DNA from: a virus | Reading direction: 5' to 3' (one strand) | DNA: 64,000 nt | Virus record (IMG/VR): IMGVR_UViG_3300033388_002987 | Coordinates: 53,955-117,954 of that record | Part shown: piece after piece, positions 48,149 through 57,756 of the stretch | Numbering within the stretch: the stretch's first letter is position 1 | How the letters are laid out: every line of letters starts with the position of its first letter | The notes under the pieces: model-generated | Database searches by the model: none | Seen by the model: only the letters and a program-made list of their open reading frames with translations | Told to the model about the DNA's origin: nothing | Made by a program: the position numbers and the translations under genes

Positions 48149-48612
48149 TAAATCTCTCCAATAGGGTCAGTAGTAACAGTAATTCCAAGCCCATCCATAG
48201 CGTCTTTCATAACACTATCAACAACATTAACTTTAATCGTATCTGGTATTGCATTAGCATCTTGTGCAACAGAATAAGCAACTGACCAACTATCAAGTGT
48301 TTGCTTAAGTAACTTCTGCTTAGCATCATCATCAAAGCCTTTAGCTTGTCTAATAGCTAGTGCAGTCTGAGCTTCAGTAAGATTAACTTTCTCTTCTGTA
48401 ATAGCCTCTTGCATAGCAAATCCTATACCATTCTGGAATGCAGCAGGTATCATCGCTGTATAAATCTCACCAGCAGCTTCTCTAGTAAGTTCATTATTAA
48501 CAATCGCTTCATCAACGTGAGCTCTTGCTAACTTTAGCAAATCACCTACGTAACCTCCATCATCTATTGTTGCAGTACCTACAACGCTTTCCCATGTAAT
48601 ATCAACAGCCAT
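48148..48612 (-). CDS. virion structural protein (N4 gp54-like)
   Basis: GDLLKLARAHV...ITREAAGEIY and TEAQTAL...KGFDDDAKQK patterns; synteny; AAGGA RBS. Confidence 0.65.
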   Translation of the reverse strand: MAVDITWESVVGTATIDDGGYVGDLLKLARAHVDEAIVNNELTREAAGEIYTAMIPAAFQNGIGFAMQEAITEEKVNLTEAQTALAIRQAKGFDDDAKQKLLKQTLDSWSVAYSVAQDANAIPDTIKVNVVDSVMKDAMDGLGITVTTDPIGEI

Positions 48613-48633
48613 TTATAATCCTTTTAGTATTTA

Positions 48634-48657
48634 ATAGAAGGCTCGTAAGCCCTCTAT
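48634..48657 (-). terminator. stem-loop with UACG loop after the gp55-like gene
   Basis: ATAGAGGGCT-TACG-AGCCTTCTAT on the - strand (10 bp, one G-U); weak U tract. Confidence 0.55.
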
Positions 48658-48662
48658 AATTA

Positions 48663-49229
48663 CTAAGCCAGTTTACTATTTCTCATCTTCTGTTGGTTAG
48701 CCAACTCTTCAAACTCTTTATCAGTTAATGGGTCTACTGGTATAACAACAAATCTCTTACGCATATTCTGTGAAGCACCACCACCAGCTTTTGGTGTATG
48801 AATAGTCATATGAGACTCTTTAAGATTACTAATAGCACCTCTACGTACGTATTGAGGCTCACCACTTAAATCTATCCAATCAGTCTGTCTACCAAGTAAT
48901 CTATTACCCCATGACACTGATACCATCTCATCTTTAGTTTGAGACTCTTGCATATCACGAACAATTACACGTTCCTTTCTGAACAAGTCATCACGTTGAA
49001 GTTGCGCAGCGGTACGCTGTGCTTTCTTCGTAGATACTTTAACTTCTTCAGACTCACTTAAATCAACACCGTTAATCTCAGCTTGCTTAGCTTTAAATGT
49101 ATTAAGCACCTCTAAATATTCTGTTTTGTTTGGTTTGCCGAATGTTTTCGGATTCTCTACTTTTAAATCAAAATCTTCACAAAGCTCTTTTAGCTCAGCA
49201 TTTGTCATGTCTTTAAATTCTTTACTCAT
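48663..49229 (-). CDS. N4 gp55-like protein with N-terminal HeH/LEM-like motif
   Basis: ATG at 49229 with AAAGGA RBS, preferred over the track start at 49286; MTNAELKELCEDF; RVIVRDM...VSWGN...W...GEP. Confidence 0.68.
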   Translation of the reverse strand: MSKEFKDMTNAELKELCEDFDLKVENPKTFGKPNKTEYLEVLNTFKAKQAEINGVDLSESEEVKVSTKKAQRTAAQLQRDDLFRKERVIVRDMQESQTKDEMVSVSWGNRLLGRQTDWIDLSGEPQYVRRGAISNLKESHMTIHTPKAGGGASQNMRKRFVVIPVDPLTDKEFEELANQQKMRNSKLA

Positions 49230-49337
49230 TGTTATTTCCTTTGTATGGTTAGGATAGTTGGACGATTCCAAGGGACCTAGTGCCAAGTTGGGTTAATAGC
49301 TCAATAGCTACACATAAGTTGTAACGAGATTGTACTG

Positions 49338-50114
49338 TTATTCCTTTAGGTTGTCAAGGTATGTGGTGATTTCCTTTACTTGTGTATCTGCTAAGTTGAA
49401 CCACTCACCATGTGAGTTACACTCTTTGTATTTTATATGTAGAGACTTCTCTACTTGCTTAGCGTCACCAACATATTGTGAGTATACTAGCGTCAAAGGT
49501 ACTGGCGATGAGGTAACTAACTTCTTGAACCTACCTTCGACATTACTAGACATACCTATCTTATAAGTATTGTTATACTTAATAACATAGATATAATCAG
49601 GTGTACGTTTACTAGCCGTTATTGTAAGAGCTGTCTTTAGAGTGCTGTATTGTGCGATAGTCAGTACCTGCACAACTGTTTTAGTATTCCTAATAGTTCC
49701 TGATATTATTGTAGCAGTGGTTGTGTCTCCAAACTTCCCAGTTCGCTGTAGCGCTTTAAGTCTTCTAATAATATTAGAATGTGGCTGACTAAACTCGGTA
49801 GCAAGTATAAACGTATGTAGTGTGTCAACTGGTACACCTGCAGTATAATCAGTACCAGCTATCCTACTGCTATGTACCCTAGGATCACCGACCTTAGGCA
49901 TAAACGTCATTGTCTGTTTATTTGCAATAGTACCGTTAATAGTGTACGAAACTTTACTATGAGTATCACGTAACTCCTTATAGCACTCATACATATCATC
50001 TTTAAACTCAGTCATGGAGTTCCAGTCAACTGTAATAGTAGTATCTTTTTTAAGTAAGTTGTATTTTTCTTGGAATGCTCTGTAGTATGGAAGGGTAGTA
50101 GGTAATGGGTTCAT
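49338..50114 (-). CDS. T5orf172/GIY-YIG-like endonuclease with Rha-like segment
   Basis: YIYVIKYNNTYKIGMSSNVEGRFKKL...EKSLHIKY...GEWF; LATEFSQPHSNIIRRL. Confidence 0.75.
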   Translation of the reverse strand: MNPLPTTLPYYRAFQEKYNLLKKDTTITVDWNSMTEFKDDMYECYKELRDTHSKVSYTINGTIANKQTMTFMPKVGDPRVHSSRIAGTDYTAGVPVDTLHTFILATEFSQPHSNIIRRLKALQRTGKFGDTTTATIISGTIRNTKTVVQVLTIAQYSTLKTALTITASKRTPDYIYVIKYNNTYKIGMSSNVEGRFKKLVTSSPVPLTLVYSQYVGDAKQVEKSLHIKYKECNSHGEWFNLADTQVKEITTYLDNLKE

Positions 50115-50183
50115 GGAACCTCCTTAAATTAATAAGGAAGTATACCATGAAAAGTTAGTTTGTGCAAGTAACTATGTTACAGA

Positions 50184-51515
50184 TTAAACTAATGGAGCTG
50201 TACATGCAACTTGCATGATTCTTTCAGCTTTGTATATAAGTGTACCGAAGTACCAAGATATACTCATTGAACCCTGCTTACCAAATGGATCGTTGTGTGC
50301 ATCAGCCTTAGGCATTGCAGTCTTAATTGCAGATGAATCACCTTCGAAACCGACAGTTGCAAATGAATCAGAACCAACAAATAATACTGGGAAAACATCA
50401 AATGCTTCAACAGTAGATTGACCAGCTTGGTATGAACTGTGGTAACCAGCAATATCATCAGCTGAATCAGCAACACCATCAACAGCACCAACACCACGAT
50501 ATTTCATCATGTTATCAACTTCAATAAAACGGAAACGACCTATCTTACCAATTTCACCCATTGCAGTAGTACCAGCATCAGCATAAGCTTCGATTGGAAC
50601 CCATACGTTTACTGAGTTATGTTGCATATCTTCTAACATTGGAGTAAGTTCTTGACCTACGTAAACGTAGTAAGCTTTACCAACAACTTTAGTATCAATT
50701 TTAGTTGAACCAGAGATTAGTTTAGTATCACGTGGTACTAAAAGACGTTTAAGTTCTTGCTCCATAATACGTAAATCAGCGTAAGTTAACTCAGCAACTC
50801 TATTACAAGTAATAAGAGATGTAGCAACAGTACCAGCGAATGAGCGATTAACTTCAGATGCAGTTAAAAGGTCAGCTTGAACTTGTGCTTCATAAAGGTC
50901 ACCTTTAGCTTCACCAAGTGCTTTAGTTTTACCAGCAAGGATACCTACTCTTGAATCCATATCAATAGACTTTTGAGTGAATTTAGTATGAATACCAAAC
51001 TCGTTAACATTACCACGAACAGTCACAGACTTAGTGTTAACACCATTAACATTACCACCCTCTTCTGAAAGAGTTGGGAAAGAACCAGAAACAACAGCGA
51101 AATCAGCGTCACCACCATAAATTGCACCAGCACCATCTTTAGTAGATGTAGTTGTAGCTATAGCGTCAGCAACTACAAGAGCAGCAGCATAGTTAGCATG
51201 GTCACGTACTTCAGTTGAACCTACTAGAGAACCAGCAGCGTTATAAGAGTATATAACTTGACCAACAACAGTTGCAGTAGTAGCATCAACACCACCATCT
51301 AAACGGTTAAGTTCGTGTAAAATTGGGAACTGACGTTCTTTAACAATTTCGTCACCATAGTGTTTAGGTTGAGTTAATCTATCACCTAATTGTGTAAATA
51401 CTCTTTTCTTAGCTGCTTCTTTAATAGCACCTTTAGACCAGAATTTGTCGTTATATTGTTCGTCGATACCAGTAGTTGTTACACCACCATCATTAAATAA
51501 TGAGTTATTAGCCAT
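50184..51515 (-). CDS. major capsid protein, N4 gp56-like
   Basis: QPKHYGDEI, LSEEGGNVNGV, FTQKSIDMD, LVPRDTKLISGSTKIDTK, YADAG...GEIGKIGRFRFIEV, DPFGKQGSMSISWYFG. Confidence 0.95.
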   Translation of the reverse strand: MANNSLFNDGGVTTTGIDEQYNDKFWSKGAIKEAAKKRVFTQLGDRLTQPKHYGDEIVKERQFPILHELNRLDGGVDATTATVVGQVIYSYNAAGSLVGSTEVRDHANYAAALVVADAIATTTSTKDGAGAIYGGDADFAVVSGSFPTLSEEGGNVNGVNTKSVTVRGNVNEFGIHTKFTQKSIDMDSRVGILAGKTKALGEAKGDLYEAQVQADLLTASEVNRSFAGTVATSLITCNRVAELTYADLRIMEQELKRLLVPRDTKLISGSTKIDTKVVGKAYYVYVGQELTPMLEDMQHNSVNVWVPIEAYADAGTTAMGEIGKIGRFRFIEVDNMMKYRGVGAVDGVADSADDIAGYHSSYQAGQSTVEAFDVFPVLFVGSDSFATVGFEGDSSAIKTAMPKADAHNDPFGKQGSMSISWYFGTLIYKAERIMQVACTAPLV

Positions 51516-51577
51516 TTTAAATTACCTTTAAATAAATTGTTTTAGGGGTGAAGTATTCCTAGGAACAAGTCCTAGTA

Positions 51578-52966
51578 CTAATTTCTACCGCCTGACATTA
51601 AATACTCCATATGAGCATCTAACTCCTCGCCTTCTAGCTTCATTGGGTCAAATTTAACCTTAGGCTTTGCCTTAGGCTTCTTCTTACTCATTGATGCAGC
51701 TTTCTTGCGCTGTTGTGTTATCTTAGCTTCACGCTTAGCAGCCTTCTCTTTATACTCTTCGTCCTTCCTAGCCTGTTCTATCTTAGCTTTCTCAGTTTTA
51801 ACTGATGGAGCTTTCTTAACAGCCTTCTTAGGTTCAGGAGCTTCCTGTTCTGCAACAGGTGCAGGGCTACTAGCTTGCTCAGCTTGTAACTCTTTAACGG
51901 CTGCACGGTACTTTGAAATTGAATTCATTGTACCAAATGCACCATTATAGTCTAACCTACTCATTTCAGCAATCTTATCTTGAACATTCTCAAATGCTCC
52001 AGACTCAATGTGACTAAGTAAATCATTTCGTACGGCATCGTTAGAAACAAACTCTTGGAAGCTTTCGCCATCCCAGTCCTTCCCTACAACTTGTCGTACT
52101 CTATCTTCAACACCTGAAGCCTTAGCTCTCTCCATTACATCTTCAATAACAAGAGATTCTTGAGTAGCTACATTGGATTTACCACTGTAGTCAATCTTCT
52201 CCATATCAAGATCCATTGGGTCAATACTCAATGACTGCAAATGTTGCTTAATAGCTTCCTTATCTCCATCGATAAGGTTCATTGCTAAATCGAATTTAGC
52301 CTGATCGTCCAGCATACCTCTATCTTTAAGAGGAGACATAAATGGGCGATACTGCTTAAAGCCTGCCATCTTTTCAGAAAAACCACCAGCCATTTGTTGT
52401 GACTGTATAATCTTATCTGGATCTGAAAAGCCTTTCACTTTTTTACCATTAACAACGAATTCTCTGTTTACAACAGAATCATAGAATTTTTTATAATCGA
52501 TTTCATCAGTAGTCTCAGATTCAGTGCCGTCGCCTTCATCCTCTGTGTCTGTGTCATCTTCTGATTCCTCATCAGTGTCTTCGTCCTCTGAATCATCTGC
52601 TTCGTCAGCATCTTTATCTTCGTCCTCTACATCACCGTTTTCATCATCTGAATCATTATCATCTACTAGAGAGTCTTCTTCCTCATCGTCTTCTTCGTCT
52701 TCCGAGTCTTCATCAAGCTCACCGTCGCCAGCTTCATCAAGGTCTTCATCATCTTCAGAATCTTCTTCTTGGTCTGTGTCCTCTTGGTCATCATTGTCAT
52801 CTTGGTTGTCGTCTTCAGCAGTATCTGCTTCATCTTCAACACCTTCATTAGTATCAGACTCTTGGTCTTCTACTTCAGCCTCTTCTTCGAACGTTCCATA
52901 CAGCATTGAATCAAATACATCTTGATCAAATTCTGCTTCTGTCTCTTCGTTAGTGTTATCTGCCAT
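51578..52966 (-). CDS. N4 gp57-like (scaffold-type) protein with long Asp/Glu-rich N-terminus
   Basis: About 150 aa acidic tract; VNGKKV...QMAGGFSEKM; position immediately upstream of the capsid gene. Confidence 0.75.
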   Translation of the reverse strand: MADNTNEETEAEFDQDVFDSMLYGTFEEEAEVEDQESDTNEGVEDEADTAEDDNQDDNDDQEDTDQEEDSEDDEDLDEAGDGELDEDSEDEEDDEEEDSLVDDNDSDDENGDVEDEDKDADEADDSEDEDTDEESEDDTDTEDEGDGTESETTDEIDYKKFYDSVVNREFVVNGKKVKGFSDPDKIIQSQQMAGGFSEKMAGFKQYRPFMSPLKDRGMLDDQAKFDLAMNLIDGDKEAIKQHLQSLSIDPMDLDMEKIDYSGKSNVATQESLVIEDVMERAKASGVEDRVRQVVGKDWDGESFQEFVSNDAVRNDLLSHIESGAFENVQDKIAEMSRLDYNGAFGTMNSISKYRAAVKELQAEQASSPAPVAEQEAPEPKKAVKKAPSVKTEKAKIEQARKDEEYKEKAAKREAKITQQRKKAASMSKKKPKAKPKVKFDPMKLEGEELDAHMEYLMSGGRN

Positions 52967-52968
52967 AA

Positions 52969-53346
52969 TTATTCTCCGTCAGCATAATCAGCTGTTATTT
53001 CTCTGCGAAGCTCTTCGTTCATCTGGATTTCCCCAAGTGCTCTCTCCGCTTCTATCGTAATAGTTCCTACAAAATCTGCAGTACCAACATAGCTCTTGAA
53101 GTCACTAATAGACCCAAGTTTTAACTGAATTTCTTCAGTAGTATATGTACTAGCACCAGTAGGATCAGTTAAGATCTTAAATAACCTTCTTGCTTCTTCG
53201 TCAAAATAACCATTTAGAATAACATCTATGAAATCAGGATTCTTCATTAGTTTACCTAATTTAGTCCCACGTTCAATTGCTGCATTACTTTTAGCTATTG
53301 CAGCGTCTATAGCTTTTAGTGTTTCTTTCAGATTGGAAGTATCCAT
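52969..53346 (-). CDS. N4 gp58-like protein
   Basis: KLMKNPDFIDVILNGYFDEEARRL; synteny. Confidence 0.7.
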   Translation of the reverse strand: MDTSNLKETLKAIDAAIAKSNAAIERGTKLGKLMKNPDFIDVILNGYFDEEARRLFKILTDPTGASTYTTEEIQLKLGSISDFKSYVGTADFVGTITIEAERALGEIQMNEELRREITADYADGE

Positions 53347-53430
53347 TGTCTGATCCTTTAATGTGGTTGTGCTAACATTGCCACGGTATACCAGCTTTTT
53401 AGAGCGTCAGTCTATTGGCTCTAGTACTTA

Positions 53431-53712
53431 TTAAGGTTGTACTATAACACCCATTGTTGCTAGCGATACTAGTAACGCATTGAAATCTGAAACAATACCA
53501 GCTACATCAGTAGCAGTACTATTAGCAATTGACTCATCACCAAGATTACTTACAGCAGTTAAATCACTAGCTGTTAGAACTTCATACGTGCCATCAGCAT
53601 TTTGAATAGAAATACTTGCAGGAATATCTACACCTCTTCCAGATGTATCTATGTTTATAGTGAGACCGCCAGTCATTGTCCCGTTTGAATATTTAATGTG
53701 TTGTAAACTCAT
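53431..53712 (-). CDS. head-fibre/decoration-like small protein
   Basis: C-terminal ANSTATDVAGIVSDFNALLVSL head-fibre-type motif. Confidence 0.55.
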   Translation of the reverse strand: MSLQHIKYSNGTMTGGLTINIDTSGRGVDIPASISIQNADGTYEVLTASDLTAVSNLGDESIANSTATDVAGIVSDFNALLVSLATMGVIVQP

Positions 53713-53781
53713 TTAAGCTTTCCTTTATTTTTATTGATAGGAGTATATATAACTACTCCTTAAGTTTCCCTTAAATACTAA

Positions 53782-54225
53782 CTAAATAGTACCTAAACCT
53801 CCGTAAGCTGCCTGATCTCTAGTAGTTTGCTCTTGAGCCATACCCATAGCAGCTTGTGCTACACTAGGATCTAGCTCACCAGCTTGTATCATCTGAGCTA
53901 TTTGCTCTTGGCCAATCTGGCCTTCTAGTATACCACCGGCTAATTGCTGTGCTTGAACTTCTTGAGGCATGATAGGTGATTGCTGTTGTCTCATCATATC
54001 ACCAAGCCCTTGCATTATCTCAGCTTCTGCTTGAGCCTTACCGGCTTGTGCGCCTGCTTGTAATGTTTGAGCTTGTTTTAATTGAGCTTCACCATTAATA
54101 TTAGCAGTAGTAGCATCTAGCCCAGCATTAGACTGGTAATACGGATTCTGAGCAGTTTGCTGCTGAGGAGCTCCTAAGCCTTGTTGTGAAACTCTTGACG
54201 GGTGCTGTGGTAAATCTTGTGGCAT
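53782..54225 (-). CDS. Gln/Ala/Gly-rich hypothetical protein
   Basis: TAATG-coupled to the GIY-YIG gene; AAGGA RBS. Confidence 0.65.
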   Translation of the reverse strand: MPQDLPQHPSRVSQQGLGAPQQQTAQNPYYQSNAGLDATTANINGEAQLKQAQTLQAGAQAGKAQAEAEIMQGLGDMMRQQQSPIMPQEVQAQQLAGGILEGQIGQEQIAQMIQAGELDPSVAQAAMGMAQEQTTRDQAAYGGLGTI

Positions 54226-54941
54226 TAGTTATCCTTCTTTCTAGTTTTAGCTATATCTATAGCATCATTCTCATCAGCAACTACGTGCCAATCATACATA
54301 CTCTTTCGAGTGCCTTTTATTATTTTATCTAAATTCATAATACTATTTAAACTATACTTCAAACGAAGTTCAGTAGCAGTACCTATAAATACACAGCCAT
54401 TTATGTGCTTAAAGATCAGTGGTACATCCTGTAGGTACACTAGTCCGGAATTAGGGACGCCTTCTAAAGTGTAACCTTCCGTATGTGTACGCTCCCCAAG
54501 TGCTACTTTTTTTATATTTGCTATATGCAGACCAAGAGATTCTGCTAATTCAGAAATATACCCAGACATAGTTGGAAGGAATTCATGAGTTAATGTAAGT
54601 ATTCCAAACTCTTCATCCTTAGTGGAACTAATATAGTTGGAACCTCCGTTAGTTAAATTATAGCCATTTTCAAATGCATCATATTTCTTAATGAAGTAGT
54701 TCTCTAAAATATTGGCCTCTTCAATGGTATCTATCATATCAGCAAGTATTGAGTGTTCCCAGTTTAATGTGCCGTAGAATCTAATGGCTCTATGAAAGTG
54801 TAGTTCACTACCAGCATTGGAGGCTTGTACGTACTCTGTCCATCTAATACCTGCTCCACGCTTAGTCAAACCTATATAGCTTTTACCAGATTTATTGGAA
54901 GTACACTTATAAATAACCCACTGTTGACATTTAGATCTCAT
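54225..54941 (-). CDS. GIY-YIG homing endonuclease with two C-terminal NUMOD-like repeats
   Basis: VIYKCT...SYIGLT...RW...FHRAIRFYG...LENYFI...NGYN; start overlaps the portal stop. Confidence 0.85.
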   Translation of the reverse strand: MRSKCQQWVIYKCTSNKSGKSYIGLTKRGAGIRWTEYVQASNAGSELHFHRAIRFYGTLNWEHSILADMIDTIEEANILENYFIKKYDAFENGYNLTNGGSNYISSTKDEEFGILTLTHEFLPTMSGYISELAESLGLHIANIKKVALGERTHTEGYTLEGVPNSGLVYLQDVPLIFKHINGCVFIGTATELRLKYSLNSIMNLDKIIKGTRKSMYDWHVVADENDAIDIAKTRKKDN

Positions 54942-57114
54942 TAATTACCTTGGATGGTACATTAACTACAGCTTTCTTCATACGCTCTATACCCGCTTTA
55001 GTATTCGCAGCATACTCTTGATCTTCAACATCCTCTAAACGTTGCTGGCCAGTTTGTACTCTTAAAAATTGGCTATCCAATATATCTGTCTCACTTCTTA
55101 GTTTCTCACTAGTAGCAATAGCTTGCTCTGCCTTAGCAAGTTTAAGCTCATTATCACCATTACTGTTCTCTTCAGTTCTAGAAATTCTCTCATATATCTT
55201 ACTATCGTAATCTTCAAGCTGTTTCATCGCTAACGCGTTCTTTAACTTCTGCTCTTCTAACTGCAACGCCATAAGTTCTTGTTGCATTGGGTTAGGTTCA
55301 GGAGCGTAGTTCTGTACTTGTTCAGCTAAGTCATCTAACTTCCATAGCTCAGCAAGCTTTACATAGTGCATCTTAACTATCTCTTGGTCCATACTTGCAG
55401 CATTAGTCTGCATAAGCTTCATTATCTTAGTAGCTTGGTCATCATCCTTCTCAGGAGTACTAACTTGTATCTTTAAGTCAAATTTCCCCTCAAGGTCATC
55501 TCTCTTAATAGTAACAAACTCACTATCAGTAACAGCTACCACTTCCTCTTCAGTAAGGAACACCTGATTCATACTAATAGTCATTCTAGCCATATCTACA
55601 AATAACATATCACTTAAACGTCTTAGTATGCTAAGTTCTCTTTTAGCAGTAGCGTCCATAGAATCTCTATCTTGCTTACTACCATTCATCTTAGCTCCGC
55701 CAGGGCCATTAAAAGGTTTAGTACCTGTTAGTTCATTAGCATCAGCAGTTTGCCAGTTAATAACCTCAAACGGTGTATTACCTATAGCTTGTGTATCTTG
55801 TCTATAAATAGCAGTCTTCGGATTAAATCCTGAACGATAATAAACTGTATTACCTTTCTCATAACTATTTCTTTGAGCAGGACTTGGGAAGAAGTTCTCA
55901 TCAATGAACTCCTGTCCAACGGCATGTCTAGTAGTAACATCATGTATAGCTCTAGTCATCTTACCAATAGACTCTTGGTTCTCTTTAAGCAGCTCAGCAT
56001 CAGGCTCACCATGAACTGATTTCTTAACAGGCATATAAGTAGCAATACTGAATGGAAGTCTTCCATGTGGAAAAGGATTCTCTTCAAGTCTGATAAGTGT
56101 CTTACCAACCCAAGTAGCAACAATACTAACTAAAGTACCATCCCCATTAACATCCCAATAACCCCAGTACTCATACGCACGCATTCTCTTACGTGCCTTA
56201 TCTTTAAACTTAAAGTTATTAGACTCAGATGACTTGTAAGGGTCTTCTTGTTCTTCCTCACCTTCTAAATCGGTATCAATAAAATCTAAGTTATGGTAAA
56301 TACCATACTCAGTACCATCTTCATCTTTACTGTACTCTTCTGATTTTAAATCAGAATAAGAAGTGTCATACTCATGAATAACAAATAGCGCATCAGCTGC
56401 TACACCATCACAAGTAGGATCAATAGTAACATTAGCATTAATACATACTTCATAAGATGGTTGATTTTTAGTAGTTACCTCTTTTTCAACTATAACAGTT
56501 TTAGTACCAACTTGTACAGGTTCTCCAGTCTCAAGCATAGCTTGTGCCTGTTCTTGAGACATCTGCCCAGCTCCAACAGCTTGTTGCATCAATATTAAAG
56601 ATTCTTCTGGAGTAGCATATATAGGCTGCTCTTCTTCCACATCTCTAAGTTCTGTTTCAGTATCCCAGCCAGTCTTAACTATAACAGTACCTTCATCAAC
56701 TACTGTTCTCACAATATCCGATACAAGCTTAGTTTTCTGTACTTTAGTATTCCACTGGTTATTAAGCACTAACCCGTTCTGTTTAGCAGCTTCTATATCT
56801 AGGTTTGTTGTAGGAGATACTTTGTATAAGTTACTAGTACTAAGGAATGGATCTTCTAAGGCAGGGTACTTCCACTCATTTTGTTTACGAACAAGCTTAG
56901 GCCTAGCAGTAGACTTACCAAGACCTTTAACAGTAATCTCTTTACCACCGTTCCTGGTCTCTTCCCATTCTGTAAGTTTTTCCTTAAACTCCGACTGCCC
57001 TGCTTCGGCACTAGTGTAGTCATTATTAAGGTCAGCATACGTGGGAGCGTTATTCCATTTCGGTTGTAGCTTAGTTTTCTTAGGCGTATTGTCTACGTCA
57101 ATCTCTTCTGCCAT
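54931..57114 (-). CDS. portal protein, N4 gp59-like
   Basis: ARPKLVRKQNEWKYPALEDPFLS, NVTIDPTC, AYEYWGYWD, RLEENPFPHGRLPF, RRELSILRRL. Confidence 0.93.
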   Translation of the reverse strand: MAEEIDVDNTPKKTKLQPKWNNAPTYADLNNDYTSAEAGQSEFKEKLTEWEETRNGGKEITVKGLGKSTARPKLVRKQNEWKYPALEDPFLSTSNLYKVSPTTNLDIEAAKQNGLVLNNQWNTKVQKTKLVSDIVRTVVDEGTVIVKTGWDTETELRDVEEEQPIYATPEESLILMQQAVGAGQMSQEQAQAMLETGEPVQVGTKTVIVEKEVTTKNQPSYEVCINANVTIDPTCDGVAADALFVIHEYDTSYSDLKSEEYSKDEDGTEYGIYHNLDFIDTDLEGEEEQEDPYKSSESNNFKFKDKARKRMRAYEYWGYWDVNGDGTLVSIVATWVGKTLIRLEENPFPHGRLPFSIATYMPVKKSVHGEPDAELLKENQESIGKMTRAIHDVTTRHAVGQEFIDENFFPSPAQRNSYEKGNTVYYRSGFNPKTAIYRQDTQAIGNTPFEVINWQTADANELTGTKPFNGPGGAKMNGSKQDRDSMDATAKRELSILRRLSDMLFVDMARMTISMNQVFLTEEEVVAVTDSEFVTIKRDDLEGKFDLKIQVSTPEKDDDQATKIMKLMQTNAASMDQEIVKMHYVKLAELWKLDDLAEQVQNYAPEPNPMQQELMALQLEEQKLKNALAMKQLEDYDSKIYERISRTEENSNGDNELKLAKAEQAIATSEKLRSETDILDSQFLRVQTGQQRLEDVEDQEYAANTKAGIERMKKAVVNVPSKVINEI

Positions 57115-57138
57115 TACATTCCTTTTATTATTGGTGTC

Positions 57139-57167
57139 ATTATACTTAACTTAAATAGTAAAGTCAA
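57139..57167 (-). promoter_or_regulatory. sigma70-type late promoter for the portal operon
   Basis: TTGACT-17 nt-TATAAT on the - strand, 24 nt upstream of the portal start. Confidence 0.75.
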
Positions 57168-57207
57168 TATTACTTACCAGTTATGTATCTGTAGTTAGTA
57201 GGCACTC

Positions 57208-57747
57208 TCATATATAAAAGTCCGGAGTCCTACTTGTAGTAGCATTTCTATCAACTTCATAATGCGCATCAAGCATAAAGCCAAAAGCGCCCCCTGTATA
57301 CGTGCCATCAAGATATGTACACTTACTAATAACAATAGTATCAGGCTCTGGTGTTACTAATGAGTTAGTAGCTTCTAATATCATATGTTCACCAGCTACC
57401 TCAGTACCATCAGCTATGTAAGTTAAGTCAATAGTAGTTGTTGTAGACAGTATACTGTCACCTTGGTGATGCCCTTTTGAAATATTATATTGGATCCTCC
57501 ATATTAGTGTCTGACCAGCACTCATTGTAGTAATAGGTGCCCAGTGCACATGCATAAATATTTGGCCATTAGGCTTTATATCATGATTAATATGATGCTT
57601 TACTACAAGTGACTCATTATTTGTAAAATGGTATGCATAAAGACCATTACCAACATCCTCAAACGCTGGCTCTGTAATACCTGCTGCACTTGAATGTACA
57701 AATTGAGCTACGTTATCTCTCCAACCTTCTTCATTATATAATCCCAT
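57208..57747 (-). CDS. putative virion (tail-associated) protein
   Basis: 179 aa beta-rich protein in the tail cluster; AAGGAG RBS. Confidence 0.55.
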   Translation of the reverse strand: MGLYNEEGWRDNVAQFVHSSAAGITEPAFEDVGNGLYAYHFTNNESLVVKHHINHDIKPNGQIFMHVHWAPITTMSAGQTLIWRIQYNISKGHHQGDSILSTTTTIDLTYIADGTEVAGEHMILEATNSLVTPEPDTIVISKCTYLDGTYTGGAFGFMLDAHYEVDRNATTSRTPDFYI

Positions 57748-57756
57748 AAATTCTCC

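Noticed and set aside
52524-52925. Ser-rich 133-aa + strand ORF (and 51705-51950, 52666-52848)
   Set aside because: Antisense or alternate-frame shadows of the acidic gp57-like tract; no RBS; conflict with a well-supported gene
53739-53760. AGGAGTA...TACTCCT inverted repeat
   Set aside because: A real palindrome, but without a U tract on the coding strand; function unclear, so not called as a terminator
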